Assembly (NCBI GenBank): GCA_036160375.1
Contig: JAYYDY010000035.1
Span: 13,033 to 77,032 of the forward strand
Direction: 5' to 3'
Source of the DNA: Thermoplasmatota archaeon
Lineage (GTDB): Archaea; Thermoplasmatota; Poseidoniia; Poseidoniales; Poseidoniaceae
DNA length: 64,000 nt
This document shows, one piece after another, positions 50,011-58,450 of the stretch (its first letter is position 1; each line of letters starts with the position of its first letter). Both the position numbers and the translations under genes were made by a program. Below the pieces are notes generated by a model. It ran no database searches. It had not been told where the DNA came from and was given only the letters and a program-made list of their open reading frames with translations.

Positions 50011-51144
50011 TTATGGGTCGTTGGATTCACGGAGTGAAGATTCACCGTCCAAATCCATGAGGCGCGGGCTGGGCTCTTTGAAACTCTCAGGCATCCCGGG
50101 AATGTTTCGGTTTGAGCCCTCGTGGTCCGTGGTCATCACGTTCAACAAATCCATGAATTCTTTCAGGAGAGTCACCATGCCCATGTGGCTGTTCTCGGGT
50201 TGAACGATGCGTTCACATGCCGCCGTCACGGTCCCCTCGGGATTCAGAGTCTCAATCAGCATTTCAACCCGTGGACCGCTACGGTACACGCCACGTTTCT
50301 TGTTGGGGTCGACCAGCGATGTGAGCAGGGTTTCGTCGCCTTCTTCGGAGGCCTTTTTGAGAAAGGTGCTGATCTTTCGTTGTTCAACGTAAGCGCCCAC
50401 GATGGGCTGGAGTTCAGGCGACAAACTCTCCAGCAGCGTTGCTTCAAGCCGATAGGCCAATTCTGCACTGGGGTCGAGCATCTCCTTGATGCTGGCTTTG
50501 GGGAAGCCTTGTCGCCCCACGAGGAGGGTGAAGCCGTGGAGCGGTGGAGGGATAAATCGCTCACGATTGTTCTCGGTTTGGTCTCGTTGGAGTCCTAAGG
50601 TGTGGCGTCGCCCCTTCATCCGGTGCCCGGCATGAATAGCTCGTGGTACAATGAATCCGTCGATGTTCCCGTTCAAACGCTGCTCCTCAACCCACGGCCA
50701 GATGTCTTCCTCGTCCAATTCAGCCACGCTGTTGGTCGCCCCGAGACGTTCGACCATCGCCTCCATGGTTTCAAGTTCGAGGTCCGGGCGCATTCGCATC
50801 ATTTGACGTCGCAGGAGTTCGTGATCACACAATATCCTAGCATGCTGCTCAAGGTACTCGGGCTTGTCGTCGGCCACGAGCACCCATGTTGGCTCCTTTC
50901 GAGGAAGCAATCCGGCAATGATGAGCCCCTCAACGTCTCGCTTGTGCCAATCAAAGGCACTCATAGCAACCAAATCGCCCGTGCCGTCCCGAAGGGTTTG
51001 GATGGCCGTTTCCATGTGGGGGAGTTGCTTGAGGAGGAGGTCCCGGTGTTTGCCGTGGGTGCTGACCGCACGCTCGATTTGGAGCCGAACGCCGTCGTTG
51101 CGGGAGGGCGTGGTGAGAATCACAAGACGCTCACTCGTTTCCAT
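50011..51144 (-). CDS. porphobilinogen deaminase (HemC)-like protein, divergent
   Basis: Alignable by eye to HemC: LVILTTPSRNDGVRLQ ~ IRIATRQSPLALWQ; LVAMSAFDWH ~ IAVHSMKDVP; ELLRRQMMRMRPDLEL ~ SSLRRQCQLAERRPDLII. The cofactor-Cys position is unclear. Start at Met11. Confidence 0.4.
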   Translation of the reverse strand: METSERLVILTTPSRNDGVRLQIERAVSTHGKHRDLLLKQLPHMETAIQTLRDGTGDLVAMSAFDWHKRDVEGLIIAGLLPRKEPTWVLVADDKPEYLEQHARILCDHELLRRQMMRMRPDLELETMEAMVERLGATNSVAELDEEDIWPWVEEQRLNGNIDGFIVPRAIHAGHRMKGRRHTLGLQRDQTENNRERFIPPPLHGFTLLVGRQGFPKASIKEMLDPSAELAYRLEATLLESLSPELQPIVGAYVEQRKISTFLKKASEEGDETLLTSLVDPNKKRGVYRSGPRVEMLIETLNPEGTVTAACERIVQPENSHMGMVTLLKEFMDLLNVMTTDHEGSNRNIPGMPESFKEPSPRLMDLDGESSLRESNDP

Positions 51145-51225
51145 CGTTTCACCTCGGTGAGGGTCGCCCCTCACATGTCAAGGGCGTGGACGACCGGTTA
51201 AGAAGCCCACCCTCGTAGCATTGGT

Positions 51226-52209
51226 GTGCGCAGTGATGTTGAGACGCTGAGTTCGGCGTTGGAATCCATTCGCGATGAGGTCAATCAGGCCCTCAAGGAC
51301 CTCATTGAGTCCGAAATTGAATCGGGTGCAGGCGAAGTCGCCGTTGAGGCAGGCCGCGTCCTGAATGCGGGCGGAAAACGGTTGCGCCCCATTCTGTTTC
51401 TCCTCGCGTATCAACTTGCAGGCGGAACCAACATCGATGATGTCATGCCCCTCGCTTTGGCGTTCGAATTGATTCACACCGCCACCCTGGTTCACGATGA
51501 CATCAACGATGAAGCCCAACAACGACGCGGCATTCCGACCATTCATGCGCAGGCAGGTCAGGCCAAGGCGGTGATCGCCGGCGATTGGCTCTTTGTTCAC
51601 GGATTTGCCCTCGGTGGTCGATACTCCGAGCAAATCGTGACGGTGATTGCCCGCTGCTGTGCCAACATCGCAGTTTCCGAATATCATCAACTCGACCACG
51701 TCCTCAACCTCGCCACCTCGCCCGAAGACTACCTTTCCATCGTGCGGGGCAAAACCGCAGGGCCGTTTGCTTCCGGCTGCTATGCAGCTGGTTTGGTGGC
51801 GGGCTTGGATGACGAGCATGCACGAGCGCTCGAACGGTTTGGCATGGAATTGGGCATTGCCTTCCAACTCGTGGACGACCTGCTCGACCTGAGAGGCGAT
51901 GAGCGAATGGGTAAACCACGAGGTGCGGATGTGTATGAAGGGAAGATGACACTGCCACTGATTCATGCGCTTACCCTTTCGCATGGAGCGCACCGTACGC
52001 GCCTTTCCGAACTCATCGAGAATTTCAGCGATGATGACTTTGATGAGTTGATGGCCCTCCTCGAACGTTCCAGCAGCATGGAGTACGCCGAAATCTTGGT
52101 GAAAACGCACCTTGAGCGTGCGCAGGAAGAACTCCAACGATTCCCCGACGGTCAGGCCAAAGACATGATGATGATGATCACCAACATCGTCAAAGATCGG
52201 CACGCATGA
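51226..52209 (+). CDS. geranylgeranyl diphosphate synthase (short-chain trans-prenyltransferase)
   Basis: FARM LVHDDINDE and SARM FQLVDDLLD. Confidence 0.85.
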   Translation: MRSDVETLSSALESIRDEVNQALKDLIESEIESGAGEVAVEAGRVLNAGGKRLRPILFLLAYQLAGGTNIDDVMPLALAFELIHTATLVHDDINDEAQQRRGIPTIHAQAGQAKAVIAGDWLFVHGFALGGRYSEQIVTVIARCCANIAVSEYHQLDHVLNLATSPEDYLSIVRGKTAGPFASGCYAAGLVAGLDDEHARALERFGMELGIAFQLVDDLLDLRGDERMGKPRGADVYEGKMTLPLIHALTLSHGAHRTRLSELIENFSDDDFDELMALLERSSSMEYAEILVKTHLERAQEELQRFPDGQAKDMMMMITNIVKDRHA

Positions 52210-52218
52210 GGTGAGAAC

Positions 52219-53364
52219 TTGGCCGTCAAGGATGTCGTGCATCGTCAGGTCATTGTCGTGGGTGCAGGCCCCGCTGGAAGTGCGGCTGCTCAGCGCCTCG
52301 CCGAGGCCGGGCTTGATGTCCTCGTTCTTGAGCGCCGTTCCATCGTTGGGAATCCCGCCCAATGCGGGGAATGCATTCCCAATTGGGGCGAAGTCATCGG
52401 AACATTTCATCACTTGGAGGACCACGATTGGCTCAAGACCTACTTTGATTTTCCAGAACGATTGAGGCTGCACCGTCTCGATAACATGCGGGTGTTCTTG
52501 CCATCCGGGAAATCTTACGACTTTGAACTGGATGCCTTCGCAGGGCACCGCCTGCAATTCGACGGCTATCTCGCCGACAAAGCCGTTCGGGCGGGTGCTG
52601 AAATCCGAATGTCGACCTCGCTCAAACGTCTCCAACATCAGCGAAAAGCCAATCGTGAGTTGTTGGTTACCAGCGAAGGACGCTTTACTTGCGATTACCT
52701 CATCGATGCTTCCGGTAGCTTGGCTCATGTCGGTCGTCTTCGCCACGGGCAGGACCCTACGTTCCGTCCAGAGGACCAAGTGCCGACCATTTACGCCCAA
52801 GTCAAAGGGGACGTGCCCGAAACGTTCGATGTCTTCCTCGGCTCGGTTGCCCCTTCGGGTTATGCATGGATCATCCCAAAGGGTCCGAACTTTGCCAACG
52901 TTGGTTTGGGCGTTAGAGCAGGGAAACTCGAAGGCGATCTCAAAGGTCACCTCGAGCGATTTTGCGCCGACCTAAATTTGGAAATCGTTTCATTCGGTGG
53001 TGGCTGGATTCCAATGGGTGGGCCAGTAAAGCAAATGGTCGATGGAACCACGCTGGCGGTTGGCGATGCTGCCGGGCTGGTCATGCCCAGCAACGGTGGT
53101 GGCATCAGCCAGGCCATCATCTCGGGTTGTTTTGCTGCCGAATCCATCATTGACCATTTGGAGAACGGGACGCCACTCTCAACGTACGAGGACAAGGTTC
53201 GGGCGTCGATGGGCCCTGCTCTCAAGAATTCCCTGCGAAGCAAAAACATGGGCTATGCGTTCATGCGCGGTGACGTGTTGACCGAAGTCATTTTGCGAAT
53301 TCTCGGGCCCATTGGGGGCATCAAGCGCGCCATGGAATGTGAACGACCGCTTTGGCTGATTTGA
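52219..53364 (+). CDS. geranylgeranyl reductase family flavoprotein (digeranylgeranylglycerophospholipid reductase-like)
   Basis: VIVVGAGPAGSAAAQRLAEAGLDVLVLER FAD dinucleotide-binding motif. About 380 aa. Adjacent to the GGPP synthase. Start TTG at 52219 or GTG at 52237. Confidence 0.8.
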   Translation: MAVKDVVHRQVIVVGAGPAGSAAAQRLAEAGLDVLVLERRSIVGNPAQCGECIPNWGEVIGTFHHLEDHDWLKTYFDFPERLRLHRLDNMRVFLPSGKSYDFELDAFAGHRLQFDGYLADKAVRAGAEIRMSTSLKRLQHQRKANRELLVTSEGRFTCDYLIDASGSLAHVGRLRHGQDPTFRPEDQVPTIYAQVKGDVPETFDVFLGSVAPSGYAWIIPKGPNFANVGLGVRAGKLEGDLKGHLERFCADLNLEIVSFGGGWIPMGGPVKQMVDGTTLAVGDAAGLVMPSNGGGISQAIISGCFAAESIIDHLENGTPLSTYEDKVRASMGPALKNSLRSKNMGYAFMRGDVLTEVILRILGPIGGIKRAMECERPLWLI

Positions 53365-53432
53365 TGGCCTGCAAAACCACGATACTTACCACCCTTCCTA
53401 TCGGTGTGTTCAAGTGATTTGACGCACCCGTA

Positions 53433-53930
53433 GTGTCCATGCGAGGGACCGCTGTTCGGGACGAGGAAGCGGTCAGCCCGGTGATTGCCACCGTGCTGCT
53501 CCTCGCCATCACGGTCATGCTATCCAGCATGGTCTTCGTGTTGATGCAAGGTGCGTTGACCACGGTGGAGAAATCTGCTCCTCAGGCGACGGTCAGTGTT
53601 CGTGCGCTGGACAACGGCTTCCACGTCGTCCGCATCACGAGTCTCGACCAGTCCATTGACCCGGCTCGCCTTCAGTTCGACTTGTTGCCGGCTGACACCA
53701 CCCAGGACCTCCCTATTCGTGGGCAGGTCGCTGACGCCGACGTGTACGGCGTGGTTGGTACGAACATCTCGTTCCATGACCGCGATGCAGGCTATTCCGT
53801 CACACAAGGTGATTATTTTGTCATCGATTCGGAAACCATTGGTGCAGATGATGGGAGTTGGCGATTCCGCTTGGTCGACCAAACGTCAAGCGCTCTGATC
53901 GTGGACGTGGCTCTGCCCGCCATGGCTTGA
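53433..53930 (+). CDS. archaeal type IV pilin-like protein with class III signal peptide (DUF1628-type N-terminus)
   Basis: The N-terminus RDEEAVSPVIATVLLLAITVMLSSMVFV has a charged segment followed by AVSPVI plus a hydrophobic helix. This is the pattern of archaeal pilin N-terminal domains. Confidence 0.6.
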   Translation: MSMRGTAVRDEEAVSPVIATVLLLAITVMLSSMVFVLMQGALTTVEKSAPQATVSVRALDNGFHVVRITSLDQSIDPARLQFDLLPADTTQDLPIRGQVADADVYGVVGTNISFHDRDAGYSVTQGDYFVIDSETIGADDGSWRFRLVDQTSSALIVDVALPAMA

Positions 53931-54938
53931 TCAACCGCCGATAAAGGACATCTCAACTTTTGAAGATGGGTCCTTGATTGAAGCGCGTTCCATTGAATAT
54001 CGGTCCTTGCGATCTTCCCAGATGCTGTGAATCGCTTGCAAAACCTCGTGTTCCTCCGCTTCCATTCGCAGAAGGGATTTCAGGTCGTGTCCACTTGAGG
54101 AGAATAAACAGGTGTAGAGTGAGCCGTTGGCTGAAAGCCGTGCACGTGTGCAGTCACCGCAGAAGGGGTTTGATACGGATTCAATGAAACCAAATCGATG
54201 ACCATCAACCGTTTCGTAGGTTCGTGCCACCTGGCTTCGGTCCAACGCCTGAACGGGCTTCAGTTGACCAAATCGGTCTTGGAGCACGTTTCTGATCTCT
54301 TGGCCGGTCATGACGTCCTCGAGTTTCCAGGCGTTGGTGTTCCCGACGTCCATGAATTCGATGAACCTCAAGGTGATGTTGCGCGCTGTGCACGCTTCAG
54401 CAAGCTGGATCAATTCTCCATCGTTCAGCCCTTTTTGGACCACCGTGTTGACTTTGACAACGAGGCCGAGGCCGAGCGCAACATCGATGCCTGCGAGGAC
54501 CTCATCCGAGCCGTGGTTGGTGGTGTCGGCCATCTGCTGAAACAGGGCCTTGTCGATGGCATCCAAACTCACGGTCACTCGGTCGAGACCGGCTTGTTTG
54601 AGGGCGGATGCGTGGCGTTCCAAGAGCGCCCCGTTGGTGGTGAGGGCGAGGTCAAGTTCGGGGCCTGCAGCCCTCAGCATTTCCACCAAGGTCGTGATGT
54701 CCTTTCGTAGCAACGGCTCCCCTCCCGTGAGGCGTACCTTTCGCAAACCAGCCGGCATGAGGCTTTGCACCACCGTGGTGATCTCCTCGTACGTCAGGAG
54801 TGCTTCACGCTCGAGGAAGGCATGGTCGGCATCAAAGTGTTCCCGAGGCATGCAGTACGTGCAACGGAAGTTGCATCGGTCCGTGACCGAAACACGAAGG
54901 TCGTGGAGCGGCCGTTTGTAGCGGTCCACGAGTCGCAT
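53931..54938 (-). CDS. moaA: GTP 3',8-cyclase MoaA (radical SAM)
   Basis: CNFRCTYCMP radical SAM cluster motif. A C-terminal second Cys cluster (CGDCTRAR). 335 aa. Confidence 0.85.
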   Translation of the reverse strand: MRLVDRYKRPLHDLRVSVTDRCNFRCTYCMPREHFDADHAFLEREALLTYEEITTVVQSLMPAGLRKVRLTGGEPLLRKDITTLVEMLRAAGPELDLALTTNGALLERHASALKQAGLDRVTVSLDAIDKALFQQMADTTNHGSDEVLAGIDVALGLGLVVKVNTVVQKGLNDGELIQLAEACTARNITLRFIEFMDVGNTNAWKLEDVMTGQEIRNVLQDRFGQLKPVQALDRSQVARTYETVDGHRFGFIESVSNPFCGDCTRARLSANGSLYTCLFSSSGHDLKSLLRMEAEEHEVLQAIHSIWEDRKDRYSMERASIKDPSSKVEMSFIGG

Positions 54939-55113
54939 GGTATGTTCACCCTTCCCGGGTTCTTGAACCTGTATTACAAGGGTTCATGGCTGGGTCAACC
55001 TACGACATCCCATGGCTAGAGCGTGGGTCAAGCGCTGGTCTCCTCATCGAAACGGAGGAAAAGGGAGCTTTGTTCCGGCGCTCAACATCACACCCAATGC
55101 CGCTATAGAATCA

Positions 55114-56433
55114 ATGACATGGAAGTTGCCGCCCTCGAAGAGTCACGCCATACGCTGGTTGGCCTTGGCAGCACAATCCAACCAACCGCTTCGCCTCCAC
55201 AACATGGCTGCAGCCGGTCAGGACATCGTCTCCATGCGCCGTTGCTTGAGGCAACTCGGCGTTCGCATCACCGACCTCGATGCGTCAGGTCATCCAGTCC
55301 CCGTCGAGTCCAACCATGACGACCAACCCCCTCTCGGCACGGTATCGTGGGACGTGGTAGGCGCAGGCCCACACGGCCTCCATGCCCCCGTCAGCGTCCT
55401 TCACGCAGGAAATTCAGGTACGGCCTTGCGAATCTTGATGGCCATGTGCGCTCGATTTGATGTCCCCATCATGGTTGACGGCGATGCGTCCCTCCGTTCC
55501 CGCAACCACGACGTGATGGTCTCGGCGTTGGAAGCGCTTGGCGTCACCGTTTCTCGGGGTGTCGGCGTCGAGGGCCTTCCGCTTCTCCTCCAGGGTCCTT
55601 GGAAACCCACCGAAGACATCTCCCTCGACATCTCGACCTCAAGTCAACCGACGACGGCGTTTTGCCTGGCTGCGCCCGCCCTGACCTTTGACGTGAAGGT
55701 CGAGTCAGTTGGTGATGGCGTTTCGCTTCGCCACAGCGATTTGAGCAAAGACCTGTGCGTGCAGACCGGCGCCAAGGAGTCGCTCTGGGACGGTCACCTT
55801 CAGTCTTGGACGCCGACGTTCAAGGAATCAAGCGTGACGATGCCGCCGGACGCATCGATGCTCGCCTTCGCCTGCTTGGCTGCCAAAGTCTGTCAAATCT
55901 CCGTTCACGTTGATGCCTTGCCGACCACCGAGGAGGCGCTGGGCCATGAGGTGCTGATGGCTCACCTCGAGGACTTGGGCTTGAAGCTGGACGACAACAC
56001 CTTCAGCGTCAGCGAAGCATCATCTTCTGTTTCATTGGATTTGAAGCACGGAAACGACCTCATCACCCCTGTTGCAGCGCTGTTGGCGTTGGGTGCTGGT
56101 GGAACCATCGTGGGTGCCGAACACGCTGCGTTCAAGGAAACCGATCGGACCAACGGAACGGTGGCCTTGCTGGCTCAATTTGGGTTGAAATCCACGTACG
56201 AAAACGGCCGACTCATCGTGCCTGGCGGTCAAACCATTGTCGGCCCGACGGATCTGGTGGAAACTTACGGCGATCACCGCATGCAGATGACGGCACTGGT
56301 GCTCGCGATGGGGTCCCCAACCCCCGTGCTCATCGAAGGTGATTCGCTGCATGAGGTGGCCGACCCCGAGGCCATCGCACGTTGGGAAGCCGTTGGGGTC
56401 AACGTTGAGCCCGTCCTTCACCAACCGTGGTAG
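55114..56433 (+). CDS. aroA: 3-phosphoshikimate 1-carboxyvinyltransferase (EPSP synthase)
   Basis: LPPSKSHAIRWLALAA (LPGSKS.S.R.L.LAAL) and AGNSGTALRILMAM (NSGT.mR). Start placed at MTWKLPP; the track ORF begins 34 codons upstream at 55012. Confidence 0.75.
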   Translation: MTWKLPPSKSHAIRWLALAAQSNQPLRLHNMAAAGQDIVSMRRCLRQLGVRITDLDASGHPVPVESNHDDQPPLGTVSWDVVGAGPHGLHAPVSVLHAGNSGTALRILMAMCARFDVPIMVDGDASLRSRNHDVMVSALEALGVTVSRGVGVEGLPLLLQGPWKPTEDISLDISTSSQPTTAFCLAAPALTFDVKVESVGDGVSLRHSDLSKDLCVQTGAKESLWDGHLQSWTPTFKESSVTMPPDASMLAFACLAAKVCQISVHVDALPTTEEALGHEVLMAHLEDLGLKLDDNTFSVSEASSSVSLDLKHGNDLITPVAALLALGAGGTIVGAEHAAFKETDRTNGTVALLAQFGLKSTYENGRLIVPGGQTIVGPTDLVETYGDHRMQMTALVLAMGSPTPVLIEGDSLHEVADPEAIARWEAVGVNVEPVLHQPW

Positions 56434-56434
56434 G

Positions 56435-58450
56435 TCAACCGTGGCGGCCGAAATGATGGTCGAGGCTGTCGATGGAGATGCGAAGTGATGTTGGTCGACC
56501 ATGCACGCAAGCCCACGGGTTCGGAATTCGTCTCATGTCATCGAGCAGGCGTCGCATCTCTGGAAGGGTCAGCGGTTCGTTGGCCTTGACCGCTCCTCGG
56601 CAGGCGTTCATGAACGCGATGTGATCTTTCTTGGCTTCGAGGGTTTCCAGCGGACCACCGTCACCGGCAAGGTCCTGAAGGAGGTCGAGGAAGAACGAAC
56701 GTACCTCCTCGCCGTTCAGCAGTTGCGGTGATGCCGTCATGGTCCATGCCCCGTTGTCGTTGCTCAAGTGGAAACCGAGTTCATTCAATCGAGCGTGGTG
56801 TGCATCAACCAGTGCCGATTGCCGTGCGTCCAGGTCAAGGTCGAGCGGTGCAAGGCGGGTTTGCGGCTCCCATGCTTGGCCTCGGTGTCGGAGTCGCTCG
56901 TAGCGGACGCGCTCGTGAAGGGCGTGCTGGTCGATGAGCAGCAATTCATCCTCCGCTTGGACGAGGATGTACGAGTCAGCAAACTGTGCCAGCGGTTCCA
57001 TGTGAGGCAATTCGTTGAGTTCCCCCTCAAGCGGTCCTTCCTCTCCTGGCCGACACGTCGTCCCGAGTCCTGCATGGCGGTGCAGGTCGCGCTCTGCTGA
57101 CGAGAGCGGTGCTGCCACCGGTTGTTCACCTTGCCCTGGAAGCAACGATTGACCCAGCGGAGAGGCGGAAACCGGGCGTTCCTTCTCAACGGGCGCCGAA
57201 TCTTCAGCGGTTTGTCCAACCAGGTTCAGCTGCTTCCCTGCAGCTACGGCCCATGCGGGGGGCTGAGGCAAAGGGGCCGGTTCGGATGCCTCGGGTTGCG
57301 TTGTCATGCCAGCGGCAGAGGCCAAGGAATGCGTGGGCTCGTGTTTGGGCTGTGGGTTAAGGTAAGTTTCAACTGACTTCACATGCTGTTGCGTTGAAAG
57401 ACCTTGTAAGCCAGGGATGCCCCCCGTTGCATCTGGTTCGGTGGGAATGGCCTCAAGCGTGTAAGCAATCGCCCGTTCCAAGCGTTCAAGCACGCGCCAC
57501 GAATGTCGCAGCCGCACCTCCCGTTTGGTGGGGTGGACGTTGACGTCCACTTCGTCGGGCGGGCAATCGAGGTTCACCACCGCAAGTGGATGTCGCCCCT
57601 GCATGAGCCGTGTCTTGTATCCACGGCGGATGGCCTGGAGGAACGGGCCTGCTGCCACGGGCCGTTGGTTGATGAGCACGTGAATGTCATCGCCCTTGCC
57701 ACGGGTGATGTCGGGCGTGCTGATATAACCGCTCCAGCGTTCTGTTCCGGGTGCTTCGTCATCATCGGGAGGTTGTTGCAACGGCACCAAATCGGTGGCC
57801 TGTGCCCCCATGATGTCGTACAAGCGATCCATCATGTCCTCCGTCGGAGGAACATTGAGCAAGGTCCGTCGCTCGGTTTTCAGATGGAACCCACACGACG
57901 GGTGGGCGAGGGCGTGATCCACCACCACGTCGACAATCCTCGCTGTTTCGGTTTCGGGACGACGCTGGAAGGCCAACCTCGCAGGCGTATTCTGGAACAA
58001 ATGCTCGACAGAAATAACGGTCCCTTCCGCCATGCCGATGGGTTGGATGGTGGATTTCACGCCATCCTCCATCACGATGGTTGCCCCGGTTTGGCCGGGG
58101 GGTTTGCTCGAGATTTGCAATTTTGACACCATGCCGATGCTGGCCAACGCTTCGCCTCGGAAGCCGAGCGAGACGATGGAGGCAAGGTCCTCCTTCGTTC
58201 GGAGTTTTGAGGTGGCGTGTCGGTCAAGCGCCAGGGTGAGGTCCTCGCTTGCGATACCGCTTCCGTTGTCTTCAACGCTCAACCGGTCGAAGCCGCCCCG
58301 TTCAACGGTGATGGTGATGGACGTCGCTCCGGCATCAAGGCTGTTCTCAACCAATTCTTTCACGACTTGAGCGGGACGTTCGACCACTTCGCCGGCTGCA
58401 ATGAACCCGATGGTGGCGTCGTCGAGTTGACGGATTTTTTGCGGCTTCAT
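56435..58450 (-). CDS. mutL: DNA mismatch repair protein MutL
   Basis: GHKL ATPase motifs (ELVENSLDAGAT, DNGSGI, GFRGEAL). A C-terminal dimerisation domain. Start overlaps the mutS stop (ATGA). Confidence 0.9.
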   Translation of the reverse strand: MKPQKIRQLDDATIGFIAAGEVVERPAQVVKELVENSLDAGATSITITVERGGFDRLSVEDNGSGIASEDLTLALDRHATSKLRTKEDLASIVSLGFRGEALASIGMVSKLQISSKPPGQTGATIVMEDGVKSTIQPIGMAEGTVISVEHLFQNTPARLAFQRRPETETARIVDVVVDHALAHPSCGFHLKTERRTLLNVPPTEDMMDRLYDIMGAQATDLVPLQQPPDDDEAPGTERWSGYISTPDITRGKGDDIHVLINQRPVAAGPFLQAIRRGYKTRLMQGRHPLAVVNLDCPPDEVDVNVHPTKREVRLRHSWRVLERLERAIAYTLEAIPTEPDATGGIPGLQGLSTQQHVKSVETYLNPQPKHEPTHSLASAAGMTTQPEASEPAPLPQPPAWAVAAGKQLNLVGQTAEDSAPVEKERPVSASPLGQSLLPGQGEQPVAAPLSSAERDLHRHAGLGTTCRPGEEGPLEGELNELPHMEPLAQFADSYILVQAEDELLLIDQHALHERVRYERLRHRGQAWEPQTRLAPLDLDLDARQSALVDAHHARLNELGFHLSNDNGAWTMTASPQLLNGEEVRSFFLDLLQDLAGDGGPLETLEAKKDHIAFMNACRGAVKANEPLTLPEMRRLLDDMRRIPNPWACVHGRPTSLRISIDSLDHHFGRHG

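Noticed and set aside
51178-52950. 590-aa antisense ORF spanning the GGPS and GGR genes on the minus strand
   Set aside because: The sense-strand products carry unambiguous FARM/SARM and FAD-binding motifs. The antisense ORF has no motifs and is the expected stop-codon-poor shadow frame of a high-GC genome.
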